Source: the human T2T-CHM13v2.0 reference genome, Homo sapiens
NCBI RefSeq assembly: GCF_009914755.1
Contig: NC_060932.1
Direction: 5' to 3' (one strand)
Length of the DNA stretch: 64,000 nt
Part shown: positions 34,159 to 47,912 of the stretch, in pieces
Layout of the letters: each line of letters opens with the position of its first letter
How positions within the stretch are numbered: position 1 is the first letter of the stretch
Made by a program: the position numbers and the translations under genes
Notes under the pieces: model-generated
Database searches by the model: none
Told to the model about the DNA's origin: nothing
The model's input: only the letters and a program-made list of their open reading frames with translations

Positions 34159-34611
34159 TCAGGCAGGATCATGTAAATGGGGAAATTAAACATTAGAGAT
34201 GCAAATAAGAGAATGATGAGGAACATTGTGGGAAATGTTGATTATAATATTTCCAAGAAAGGCCTACAAAGATTAGGATCAGAGACTTGGGAGAAATTTG
34301 CCGTAGAGGAAATAAAAACTCGGTAGTGAAGAAAAGATAGGAAGCTGAAGATTTTAAATACGAACCAGGCCCTGGCTGTAGGACTTTGCCTAATGTGGGA
34401 TTTGTACTGAGGAATGGATCACAATGTGTGCTGAGCCATTAGCAATTTGAAATATGGCCTTAACCAATCACCTGAGCTCTTACTGCTTCACCATCAAAGA
34501 TCCCACTGGCAAGATTATTGAGGAGAACAATGAATGAAAATTAGGCTGGGCACAATGGCTCACACCTGTAATCCCAGCACTTTGGGAGGCTGAGGTGAGA
34601 TGGGCTGATCA

Positions 34612-34857
<246 letters not shown>

Positions 34858-35040
34858 TTACAATGACACACTCTACAGTCAGAAATGCTGTCCTGTGGAG
34901 AGAAAACAACAGTCTTCTAACTGCTGCTGTTTCTATCCATGTGTCTGAAGATTTAAGAAAAACTGACCCCGTCACTTGACTGATTCTCACTGAAAGCAAG
35001 GTAGCCTCCAAATGCCACCAAACCCTGCTCATTCACTCTC

Positions 35041-35420
35041 TATTATGGACTGAATGTGCCCCCAAAATTCCTGTGCTTATGGTCTAACCCCAGTACCTCA
35101 GAATGTGACTGTATATGGAGTTAGGGTCTTTAAAGATGTGATTAAGGTTAAATGAGGTCATTAGGATGGGCGCTAATCCAATATGCACAGAGTCCTTATG
35201 AGAACAGACAATTAGGACACAGACACATGCACAGACAGAGGAGTGACCATCACGCGGACATACAGGGACACTGCCACCCGCAAGCCACGAGAATGGCCTC
35301 AGAAGAATCCAGCCCTGCTGACGTCATCATCAGTGACTTCCAGCCTCCAGAACTGTGAGGAAATGAATTTCTGTTGTTTGAGCCACCCAGTCTGTGGCAC
35401 TGTGTGATGGCAGCAGCCCT
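35041..35420 (+). mobile_element. MLT1B/C-type MaLR LTR
   Basis: 'ccccagtacctcagaatgtgactgtat...gattaaggttaaatgaggtcattagg...cttccagcctccagaactgtgag'. Confidence 0.8.
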
Positions 35421-36189
35421 GCCCGACTAGCAGAGCCCCCCATTCCAGGTCTGCTCCAGCCTGCCTCGCATCCAGCCAGATCCTGTTCAACTTGCTCTCC
35501 CAGCCCCATCAGGCCCCAGCTCCCTACTGAAATCCTGATTCACTCCATCCCATTTGGTACTTCCTACGCCCCACCCACCTGCCATCTTGCCTTTTCCTTA
35601 GAGCAGCCAACCTGAAGCCTTTGGTGAAAATAGTCTCTCCCCCCGAACTTTTTTTTTTTTTTTTGAGACAGTGTCTCCCTCTGTCACCCAGGCTGGAGTG
35701 CAGTGATGCGATCTCCTGTCTCAGCCTCCCGAGTAGCTGGGATTCCAGGCGTCCGCCACTATGCCCAGCTAATTTTTGTATTTTTAGCAGAGACGGGGTT
35801 TTGCCATGTTGGCCAGGCTGGTCTTGAACTCCTGGCCTCAAGTGATCTGCCTGCCTCAGCCTCCCAAAGTGTTGGGATTACAGGAGTGAGCCACTGTGCC
35901 TGGCTGAAAATAGTCTTTACAGGAAAATTAAAAAAAAAAATTCTAGGTATAGTCAGGAGGATGGCAAAGCAAGTGAACCAACCGCAGGCTAGAATCAGAT
36001 AGGTGACCGCCTGGAGCATCACAGCCTCTGTGCTCCAAGTGACCCTGAAGCCAATTGTGATCACCAGAGAGAGCCAGGAACATGAGATCTCCAGATCACA
36101 AAGCAATGTTTCCTCTCATCTCAGGGATCTTGCTGATTCATGACAACACTTCTCTAGACTGTAATTAGCTCTTGATTTCTGTTTTCTAG

Positions 36190-36420
36190 ATGGGGCGCCT
36201 ACCCTTCTTCAGCAAGATGGGAACAGCTGAGTCTGAAGGAAGAGAAACACTGACACAGCAGCTGCCTCTCCCAGCAGCCGCCATGAGAAGATTGTTACCT
36301 GCAAGCAGAGTGTCCACTCAACCCGTGCTGAGGCTGGCAGACAGTGCTGAGTCACTTCTGGGCAGGCCTGCTCTGTGGGCTCTAGGATTCCTGCTTTGCC
36401 CTCCCTCTCAGGCACAATGA
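36190..36420 (+). CDS. LEPROTL1: LEPROTL1 alternative distal terminal exon (antisense within MBOAT4 intron 2)
   Basis: Strong acceptor cttgatttctgttttctag|ATGGGG in phase 0, matching the exon 3 donor. Open for 76 codons (MGRLPFFSK...LCPPSQAQ-TGA), giving 93+76 = 169 aa; I recall an annotated longer LEPROTL1 isoform of this form. Confidence 0.75.
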   Translation: MGRLPFFSKMGTAESEGRETLTQQLPLPAAAMRRLLPASRVSTQPVLRLADSAESLLGRPALWALGFLLCPPSQAQ

Positions 36421-36509
36421 CAACTACTGCTCAGTGCCAGACACTGCACCATGTAGGCAACACGTGGCAGTGATGATTAGTCACAAAATCACATTTATAT
36501 TCATTCTAA

Positions 36510-37230
36510 TGAAACTGCCATTGCAAAATTATAACTGAGACAGTGAAAGAAGTCTGACCTAACCAACTCCATCTTGCTTCTAACCTCCAAGCTGTCCTTG
36601 TTCATTCCTGGGACTCATTTTGGGAGGAACTTAGTTAATAGCTTACAGTTTAAAACAAAGACAATCACAGACCTTTCCCAAAACAAACCCCCTTCTTGCC
36701 TGGAAACTAGACTGCCTTTGTAGGATTAACAAATTAGCCGAAAGATTAGAAATTATGGTTTAGGAGTCACGCAGCTGGAGATGACAAGATTCTGACACTC
36801 CTCCAATTGCTCCTGGGGATAACATTACTATTCTAAGGCCTAACATCAGTGCTTGAGATGTTTTGTAGACCCTGCCCTTGATGGATCAGCTGGTACTACC
36901 CAGACCGATAAACTGGCTCGTCTTATCTTGTGGCCCCCACCCAGGAGCTGACTCAATGCAAGAAGACTGTTCTGACTCCCTATGATTTCATCTCCAACCC
37001 AACCAAGCGGCACTGTCAACTCACTGGCCTCCCCCTACCCACCAAATTATCCTTAAAAACTCAGATCCCCAAATGCTCAGGGAAACTGATTATGATTACC
37101 CCAAAGCTTGGAGTAATAATAAAACTGGCCTGTCTCCCGCACAGCCAGCTCTCTGTGAATTACTCTTTCTTTACTGCAATTCCCCTGTTTGTCTAGGCAG
37201 TGGAGAAGGTGAACCCACTGGGCGGTTACA
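36510..37230 (+). mobile_element. LTR8 (ERV1) solo LTR
   Basis: TGAAACTGCCATTGCAAAATTATAACTGAG...GAACCCACTGGGCGGTTACA; perfect 4-bp TSD ctaa (36506-36509, 37231-37234); internal AATAAA 37118-37123. Confidence 0.9.
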
Positions 37231-37449
37231 CTAACATTCACAACAATCTTGCAACACAGTATTGTTAGCCCCATATCTTTTCCAGAAAAAGAAATGAGTC
37301 TGAAAGAGGTAAAATGACTTGCTCAAGGTCACACTGGTCAAATGTGGAAAAATTAGGACTCCAACCCAACACCCAGGTTCTCTCTGCTACCACCGTGGTG
37401 CAAGCAAACTGTAGGTGGGCTGAGCATGACCAACGAACAGGCTGCTTAC

Positions 37450-37674
37450 CTCACAGAAGGAGGCTCATGCAGATAATACTCAGTGTAGTGCAGACCTAGG
37501 TGACACAAGGTCTGCCAGCTCATCTGAAAGCAGAAGGTCCACCTGTGGACTTGCTGAGGGGCCAGGGAACAGAGGAGAGCCACAGCGCAGACAGCAGGGG
37601 TGAAGACGAGCACGGCGTAGGAACCCATGGCAGCCACGGCCAGGGCACCTCCTCCAGCCAGGAGAAAGAGGTAC
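37450..37674 (-). CDS. MBOAT4: MBOAT4 exon 2
   Basis: ctctttcag|GTACCTC ... GTGAG|gtaagc on -; 225 nt encoding [19 protein letters not shown]...YYLHEPPSV(R). Confidence 0.97.
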
Positions 37675-40233
37675 CTGAAAGAGAAGGGACACCTTAGGGA
37701 GAATGACTTAGAACCGCACAGCAAAGGAATTACTGCAGATGTCACTCCAGGGAACCCGATCTGGTAGGCCCCACACAACACCTAAAGTAGCCATGCTGTT
37801 TGCACTCTGGGGCCTTCCTTTTGTTCTTCAGAAGAAAAGAATCACGGGAGAAAGAGCCAGGGTAAATTTGTAAATTTCCACCTTGGAGACAAATCTTTTT
37901 TTTTTTTTGAGACAGGGTCTCTCTCTGTCACCCAGGGTGAGTATAGAGTTGCAATCATGGCTCACCACAGCACTGACCTCCTGGACTCAAGTGATCCTCC
38001 TACCTGGGAGGGACTACAGGCATGCACCACCATGCCTGGTTAGCTTTTTATTTTTTTAGAGATGGGGTCTTGGTGTGTCGCCCAGTCTCAAACTCTTGGC
38101 CTCAAGCGATCCTCCTCCCTCGGCCTCCCAAAATCCTACAATTGCAGGCATGAGCCACCCCCCTGGCCTGGAGACAAATCTCAGTTCCTGCCTTAGTGGC
38201 CCTGGAACCTCTCTCTTTGATGCCCTTCATTCAAGCGATTCCCTCCCAAGGTATTCCACCGCCTGCCCCTGACCGTCCTGGAAGTCTGGCTAGCAAGGAC
38301 ATCTTTGAAATCTCCTGGTACGTCATCTGACTGAAAAGTGCTGTGAACCTAGTGTCAAGGATCTAGAAGAGCGCCCTAGGCATCCTCTCAAGACAAGTAC
38401 CTTCCTTTTCACAGGGTCGTGCTACCCAGAAGCATTCCAGAGGCTGACAGAGAAAGGAGACTCAACACTTCCCTTCGAAAAGTGAAAACTCAGAAAAATC
38501 TTTATATCCACCCTTCATCCTTACTACTGCACTTTAAGATCTTATGAGTTAGGATTTTGTTTTGTTTTATTAAAGTTTATACTTATTAAAGTTTAGGCCA
38601 GGCACAGTGGCTCACACCTGTAATCTCAGCACTTTGGGAGGCCAAGGAGGGAAGATCACTTGAGGCCAGAGTTTGAGACCAGCCTGGGCAATATAGCAAG
38701 ATCCCATCTCTAAAAAAAAAAATTTGTTTAATAGCCATGCATGGTGGCACACCTGTAGTCCTAGCTACTCAGGAGTCTGAGGTGGGAGGATCACTTGAGC
38801 CCATGAGTTAGAGGCTGCACTTGAGCGATGATGACACCATTACACTTCAGCTTGGGTAACAGTGCAAAATCTTGTCTCTAAAAAAACCCAAAAAGTTGTT
38901 ACAGTTTATTATATCCTGTCACGAAAAATCTGCACAATCACCGCAGATGAAGTCATTGCAGAATCTTTTTTTTTAGACAGAGTCTCGCTCTGTTGCCCGG
39001 ACTGGAGTGCAGAGGTGCGATGTTGCTCACTGCAACCTCCGTCTCCTGGGTTCAAGCAATTCTCCTGCCTCAGCCTCCTGAGTAGCTGGGATTACAGGCA
39101 CCTGCCACCATGCCTGGCTAATTTTTGTATTTTTAGTAGAGATGGAGTTTTGCCATGTTGGCCAGGCTGGTCTCTAACTCCTGGCCTCAGTCTTAGACGC
39201 TGTCTTGAACTCCTGGTACAGTCTTAGACACTGTACCTAAGGTGATCCGCCCACCTCAGCCTCCCAAAATGCTGGGGTTACAGGCATAAGCCATCGCGCC
39301 CGGCCACTGCAGAATCTGGACTCTTTTTTGTCAGCACCAACACTGGCTTTTGGGAGCCCCTGACTTTCTTCATTCTGTCCTTGCATTCCTTTTGCTGTTT
39401 TCTTGATGTCTTTTTCTCTCATCTGGGCTATGTCTTGCAAGTTTATGCTTGGGTTCACTTTTCTTTACATAATCCAGGGAATCATAAATCATGCCAGTTA
39501 TCTTGCTACAACAAAATGGGGTCAGAATCTAAACAAAGACGATCTCCATCTTATATATCATGTCCATGAGATCTTGTACATTTTGGCTGGTTTTTCCCAA
39601 ATTTCTTTCTTATTACTGTTGCCTTCCCAGAGTGAAGGGTGACCACGACCGTATGTTTCCACCAAAGTTGTCAGTTGATTAAGAACTCCTTTGAATGGGT
39701 AGCTGCTGTGTCTTTCATGATAGTGGCCAATTTTCAGGTGGCCAGGGAGGAAAAGAGCAGTGTTTTGTCTTGTTTTTGAGACAGGGTCCCTGTTGCCCAG
39801 GCTGGAGTGCAGTGGCACGATCATGACTCACTGCAGCCTTGACCCCCCCGGCTCAAGAAATCCTCCCACCTCAGCCTCCCTAGTAACTGGGACTATCGAC
39901 ACGCACCACCATACCTGGCTAATTTTTTTAATATTTTTTGTAGAGATGGGGATTTGCCATGTTGCCCAGGCTGGTCTTGAACTCCCAGACTCATGCAATC
40001 CTCTTGCCTCAGCTTCTCAAAGTCCTGGGATTACAGGCATGAGCCAGGGTGCCTGGCCATTGTTTTTTTAATGTTGTAAAATACCCACATTGATGAAATG
40101 GTTTGTGAATCATGCCTCTCTCAGAAGCCAAGGAGATGCAGATCTGCAGAGGCCTGGGAAGCTTCACATTACGCACACTTGGTTCTTCCTTCTGCATTAT
40201 ATGGAGGCTTGTTTTTTAATTGGTGCCTAGTTA

Positions 40234-40612
<379 letters not shown>

Positions 40613-41219
40613 TCACTGGTCCTTTTGACTCGCTGGGAAAGCGACTCAAAGAAGCCTAGGATTTCTCTACCAGCTCAGAACCAGGAAACACCATTGCAAG
40701 GCAAATGTGTGTCACGGCTCCGGGCACAGTGCCAAGTACAGGTTAGCAAGAACCACTTTTTTCCTTGGGGGAGAGCGTTAAGTGTCTCAGTGTGAGAGCA
40801 TCTATGACTCAAAAGCCTGGACCATTCTTGTGCTTCTCTTTGAACCTATGCTTGGGGTGACTTCCCCCCTCAACACCCCAGTTAACATTGTGGTCCAAGC
40901 CTTTACTTCCCTGCTATGGGAAAACAAAAGGGGGAACATTTATCCTTTACACAGCAACACTCCCACCCACAGGCAACTCCCCTAGGAGATTTATAAACAT
41001 TAAATTGTCTGTACATGGACAATGTAGAATGTGTGACTTAGCAATGTGTGACTTAGCGATTGCATATTTCATTCTAGGCATAGTGCTAATAACCCTTTAC
41101 GAGAAATATATTTATTTAATACTTAAAATAACCCCATGAGATAGGCATTATGTTTTCTGTTCTACAGATAAGAAGAGGGCATTTGGGTGAAGTATATTGA
41201 TATACACAAGGACACTTAG

Positions 41220-41456
<237 letters not shown>

Positions 41457-41939
41457 TAGAGACAGGGATTTTGTCATGTTGCCCGGGCAGGTCTCAAACT
41501 CCTGGGCTCAAGCTATCCACTTGCCTCTGCCTCCCAGTTACTGGGATTACAGGTGTGAGCCACTGCATCCGGCCAGAAACTGAGCAATCTTCACCCTAAG
41601 GTAACTCCATGAGGATTAATCCTTATTTTTGCACTCATGTTGCTTTATTGTTTTGAGAATCTTTCTCAAAAGGAAACTTCTTTACAGCTGTCCCCCAACT
41701 CCAATCTCCATTAGTGAAGTTAAGGGCCATGAGACAGTTGTGAACACGTGATCATACCATTGTTTAATCAAATTCCACAATCCTAACTGATCGTTAGATA
41801 CAGCTATATTTTATTTAAGAATCCCAATATATAAAAATCCTAATTCCCAAAATAAGTGAATTATTAGGAAGTGGCCCTTTGGCAACAGATTTTCACTTTA
41901 CAAAAGGACATTCCACAAAACCTTGTTAAAAATAGGGAC

Positions 41940-42328
<389 letters not shown>

Positions 42329-43037
42329 TCATGTAGCCATGTTAACAGTACACTCACCATTTCTGTTCTATGTTCAGTTAAGTTCTTGCCTTTTGACTAT
42401 GTTAAAAACATAAAATCTTATATGAGCAATCTAAAAAAATAGGTGCTGTCTCTAATGTGTTGAGGTTATTTGATATTTAAAAAATCATTACAATCAAGTC
42501 ATCACATCTCTAGTGATAATTTTTGAACTTCAAATTATCATATAGCTAATCTAACAAGATTCATTTTGACTTATTTCATTTCTCTGAGAATTCATATAAA
42601 GGCACTTTAAAAATCACATTTAGTTATAATAAAACTTATACTGATGTAACTTTATATAAAATTTAATTTGATTGAAAATGATAAAATTCCATAAAATTAG
42701 GACTATTCAAGAATATCTGAGATCCATGGTTGACAGAGATGTATCCATTTGGAGAATTCCTGTACCATCGCAACAACCATCTCTCCTGAGAGTTTATTTT
42801 CACTCATCTGCCATTTAACCTGAACCCAGCAAACCTTACATCAGTGCAGGAAGGATGTGAATTTCCAGTTTAGTTTTACTCTGTTATATATATTCATTAT
42901 CAAATATCAATAATCAGTGACAGTGAGAGTAAGTTAAAAACAAGTGTAATTAATATATTGTAATCTTCACATCTGCAGTCTACTCTGCTTTTTGCCCTAC
43001 TATAGTATTTCTGAATTTTTTTTTTTTTTTTAGATAG

Positions 43038-43250
<213 letters not shown>

Positions 43251-43360
43251 TGATCTGCCCGCCTCAGCCTCCCAAAGTGCAGGGATTACGGGCGTGAGCC
43301 ACCGCACCCAGTCACTATAGTATTTCTGGATGTAAGAGTAAAAATAGCCATCCAGCCTAC

Positions 43361-43479
43361 CTGGCACGAGTGGAGAATGAATCCATGATGCAGAGATAAT
43401 TGAAGAGAAGTGCAAAGGGAAATGCAGCCCCCTGGTAAAACGATATAGGATGGAGAAAGAACAGCCAAAGCCACTCCAT
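43361..43479 (-). CDS. MBOAT4: MBOAT4 exon 1 (coding part)
   Basis: ATG at 43479; encodes [39 protein letters not shown](R); donor GCCAG|gtaggc. Exon lengths sum to 1308 nt (435 aa + stop). Confidence 0.97.
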
Positions 43480-43538
43480 TAGGAACCAGAACAAAAGAGC
43501 CTGTCTTTTCCAGTGTCCTTAACTGATGCCTTCCTCCA

Positions 43539-43630
43539 AGAGTAATCTCAACCAGGCTGTCTCTGGTCTTTTTATCTGGTTTAGCGGGGCTAGGGTGAGC
43601 AAAAGGCAAACAAAAGCTCTGGAGATAAGC
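43539..43630 (-). promoter_or_regulatory. putative MBOAT4 core promoter (Inr, AGATAAAAA at about -33, second GATA site)
   Basis: On -: TTACTCT (YYANWYY, A at 43543) and AGATAAAAA at 43577-43569; AGATAA on + at 43623-43628. Not a CpG island. Confidence 0.5.
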
Positions 43631-44629
43631 AGAATAAAAACTGGCTTTCTGATTGAGGAACTGCACTATGGAAACCAAAACACATTTTGGTGTAACATTA
43701 ATCATGACATGCACTAAAAACATTGCTTTTGGAAGCGTGGTTTTGTTTCATTGACATAGTATACTATTTACCTTTCCAGTCATCATGCTGTCGTATTTTC
43801 TTCACTAAGTTAATGAAAAATCTCATTTCCCAACTGTGGACAGACAACTCTGTGGACTGAAAAGGGGAAACAAGAATGTGACCAGGAGGAAGGGAAGCAG
43901 GTTCTTTTCTTTTTCTTTTTTTGAGATAGGGTCTGGCTCTGTCACCCAGGCTGGAGTGCAGTGGCACAACCTTGGCTCACTGCAACCTCTATCTCCCCAG
44001 CTCAAGTGATCCTCCCACCTCAGCCTCCTGAGAAGCTGGGGCTATAGGCATGTGCCACCATGCCCAGCTAATTTTTATATTTTTTTTATAGAGATGGGGT
44101 TTTGCCATGTTGGCCAGGCTGATCTCAAACTCCTGGTGTCAAGCGATCCTCCTGCCTCAGCCTCCCAAAGTGCTGAGATTATAGGCATAAGGAACTGCAC
44201 CCAGCTGGAGGCAGGTTCTTAAGGCAAAAACCAAGATTCCCCTTCCTCACCACAACTCTCCTCCTTATGCTACTTTTTTTCGTATCAGTACCTCTTATGT
44301 ATCTATTTCTCAATTCATTTTCCTGCCCCCTTTACAACATGAGCTCTACAAGGGAAAGACTTTGTTTTGTTGATTACTGTATCCGTAGCACATAGAACAC
44401 TGCTGAATACATACTATATACCCAGTAAATATTTGTTTAAAAGATTTTGAGGAGGCTGGCTGCGGTGGCTCATGCCTGTAATCCTAGCACTTTGGGAAGG
44501 CGAGGTGGGTGGATCATCTGAGGTCAGCAGTTCAAGACTAGCCTGGCCAACATGTGAAACCCTGTCTCTATGAAAAATGCAAAAATTTAGCTGGGCATGG
44601 TGGTGGACACCTGTAATCCCAGCTACTCA

Positions 44630-44788
<159 letters not shown>

Positions 44789-45011
44789 TCAAGAGAATCT
44801 TTTCTTGACAAGTAATACAGAAGAGACTTCCTAGAGGCAAGACATCTCTTGGCTAGTAGCGATCCATCTCCTGAGCCCAGGGCATTCCAGGGCTGTCCCT
44901 GATCAGTTGTTTTCCCTCTCCAAAGTCACTTGCATGAGCAAGTTGTCAATAAAGGACAGGAAAATCTGACATGAGCATCTTCAGGGCAAGGACCATCTTT
45001 TAGTGAGAGAC

Positions 45012-45374
45012 TGTATTCGTCCGTTTTCACACTGCTATAAAGAACTACCCGAGACCGGTAATTTATAAAGGACAGAGGTTTAATTGACTCACAGTTCTGC
45101 ATGGCTGGAGAGGCCTCTGGAAACTTACAGTCATGGTGGAAGGCAAAGGAGAAGCAAGTACCTTCTTTACAAGGTGACAGGAAAGAGAAGTAAGAGCGCA
45201 GGAAGAAAACACCATTTATAAAACCACCAGATCTCATGAGAACTATCATGTGAGAATGATCACGAGAACAGCATGGGGAAACCGTTCCCATAATCCAGTC
45301 ACTTCCCTTCCTCAATACATGGGGATTATAACTGGGGATGAGATTTGGGTGGGGACATAGACCCAAACATATCA
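45012..45374 (-). mobile_element. THE1D/MSTA-type solo LTR
   Basis: tgtattcgtccg...caaacatatca; 5-bp TSD gagac. Confidence 0.85.
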
Positions 45375-46524
45375 GAGACTGCTCTGCACAGAGAAGAAAA
45401 TCCAAAAGAATCTTATTGATTGGGGAACTTTGAGCAAGTCACATCACCTCTCTGGGACTAAGCTTCACCTTAAAACTAGACATAATTAGGCCTATCTCAA
45501 CAGAACTGTTATGAAAATCAGATAAAGCATGTAAAAGCATGGCATATAAAGCTGGCTGGTTGAATGTAGCTGAAGGTAAAGTGATTGAATAATTAACATT
45601 ATGAGCATTATTGGGCTACCTCTTTATGACAGACTCTTTGCTAAGCACTAGGAATATGGGGATGAGTAAGACATGGTCCCTGCACTCATGTTGCTCTCAG
45701 TCTACTGGAGAGACAGAAATGGAAATAAATACCTTTCTTAATGAACTGTAGGTGCACAGGTGTATGGTAGGGGATAAAGAAAGAAACAATCACCTGCAGA
45801 AATAGGGAATCAAAAAGGATTTTGGAAGAGTGGAACTGCTTAAGTTGGCTCTCTATGAAAGGATGTTTGCAAGCAGATGGGTGGCTTATTCTAGGCCACA
45901 GAAGGCACAAAGTCTTAGGCAACAATAAAACAGTTAATGGGAATGCCGAGAGTAGTTTGGTCATGGAGACCCTAACCCAGCAGCACTAGAGGAATTAAAG
46001 ACACACACACAGAAATAAAGCGTATAGAGTGGGAAATCAGGGGTCTCACAGCCTTCAGAGCTGAGACCTGAGAGCCTCAAACAGAGATTTACCCACGTCT
46101 TTATTGACAGCAAGCCAGTGATAAGCATTGTTTCTATAGATTTTAGATTAACTAAAAGTATTCCTTATGGGAAATAAAGGGATGGGCCGAAATAAAAGGA
46201 TGGGCTCTGGCTCGTTATCTGCAGCAGGAGCATGTCCTAAAGGCACAGATCGCTCATGCTATTGTTTGTGGTTTAAGAATGCCTTTAAGCAGTTTTCCGC
46301 CCTGGGTGGGCCAGGTGTTCTTTGCCCTCATTCCAGTAAAACCACAACCTTCCAGTGTGGGCATCATGGCCATCACGAACATGTCATAGTGCTACAGATA
46401 TTTTGTTTATGGCCAGTTTATGGCCAGATTTTGGGGGCCTATTCCCAACATGTCCCCCTTCTTTGATTTACAAAACAATACAAGCAAAGGCAGCTTTGTC
46501 ACAGTGAGCTACTTCTCACAGGAG

Positions 46525-47022
46525 TCAGGATATGCATCTGCAGACTACACAAAGACAAACAACACAGATTAAAAGCACAATCATCATTGAAATCACAGAG
46601 CATCCAAGTGTTTTTATCCATTTTAATGGGTTACTAGCTGCTAATCTGTCTGCAGCTCCTTCAAGCACTCCAGTTCCTGGTATTAATGTCAGGTGTGCCT
46701 GGGATGCTTTAAATATTTGTTCTTTTAATTTTGTGATATCCAAAGACAAGTTTGTACAGTGTCCTTCTAGATGCTTTTTTATTCTTTTCCAAATTTTGAT
46801 CTTATTAAGAGCTATTAATTGTTTCCACAAATCCTTATGTTTAGCTCCTACAGTGGGACATATCATTTGAGGTTGAGGTGCCACTATACCACCATGGTTC
46901 CAGATAATAGGAACTCTTGCCATACTTCTTACCGTTTCTACCATCTGACTGTTTTGTTCAGACCAGCTGAATATAGTGTGGCCATGGCATGCAGACTGAG
47001 AGGTGCAATTCAAGCTAAACAT
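46525..47022 (-). pseudogene. HML-3 env remnant ORF (SU piece fused to C-terminal TM)
   Basis: 165-codon ORF with ...KDLWKQL joined to IKKHLEGH..LSLDITKLKEQIFKASQAHL..NPLKWIKTLG and a hydrophobic anchor. Confidence 0.8.
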
Positions 47023-47912
47023 CCCCTTGGGGACGAATTAATAATGATTCCATAGGAATCGTTGCACAGCACCTCTGCCTGTTCTGCAATGCAATCTTCC
47101 CAAACAAGTACGTCCATTAATTCTAGCCAGGTCCAATTCTGTTTACAAATAGGTTTTTGAGGGTGGTATGCCTCAGTTATAGGAGCAGATTTATTATGGT
47201 AAATACTGAGGTCAGAAAGCATGTGTAACTGTGTCATAGACTGATTACATCCAGGCATTATTGCCAGCCAAGATTGATAAATATGCCCAATAAGTATAAT
47301 TGTTCTTTGTGTCAGCCCTTGTTGAAGGAATACTTACGGCAATGGTGATCACCACATCATAGCTACCATTAAATTACTCATTGTGACTGGTTGTCCCGCT
47401 TTTCTCAAGTTTTCTTCTGCCATCTGTGACAGCTTCTTGATCTGTCCTCAGGTGGGTGGCTGTGTTTGATGGGTGTTGCTCGTGACAATTGGGGTCCTCC
47501 TCAGCATCAGTCTCAACGTGGCTGTAATTGGGGGGTCCTCAGGATCCTCCCAGAATCTCTTCCTCAGCATCTAGTTCATGATAAGTTTTCAGGTGTCTTG
47601 ATGGTATCCAAATCGGCTGTTGATTTGGTCCTGGAGAAACACAAGCATAACGTCTACCCCAAGTTATTATTTTAAGGTTGTATAACTGAATTAATGGCTC
47701 TTAAGTCAGTTAACATTCTCCATTTACCTGATTTTTTCTTAATTACGAAAACTGGAAAATATTGGAGCTATGCGCCCGTTTTCTAATTGTTCAGTAACGA
47801 ATTCCTCTAAAGCCTCAAGTTTCTCTACTTAGCGGCCATTGTTTTATCCAAATTGGCTACTCTGTTAACCATTTTAAATGTACAGATTCTGGAGGCTTAA
47901 CAATGGCCACCA

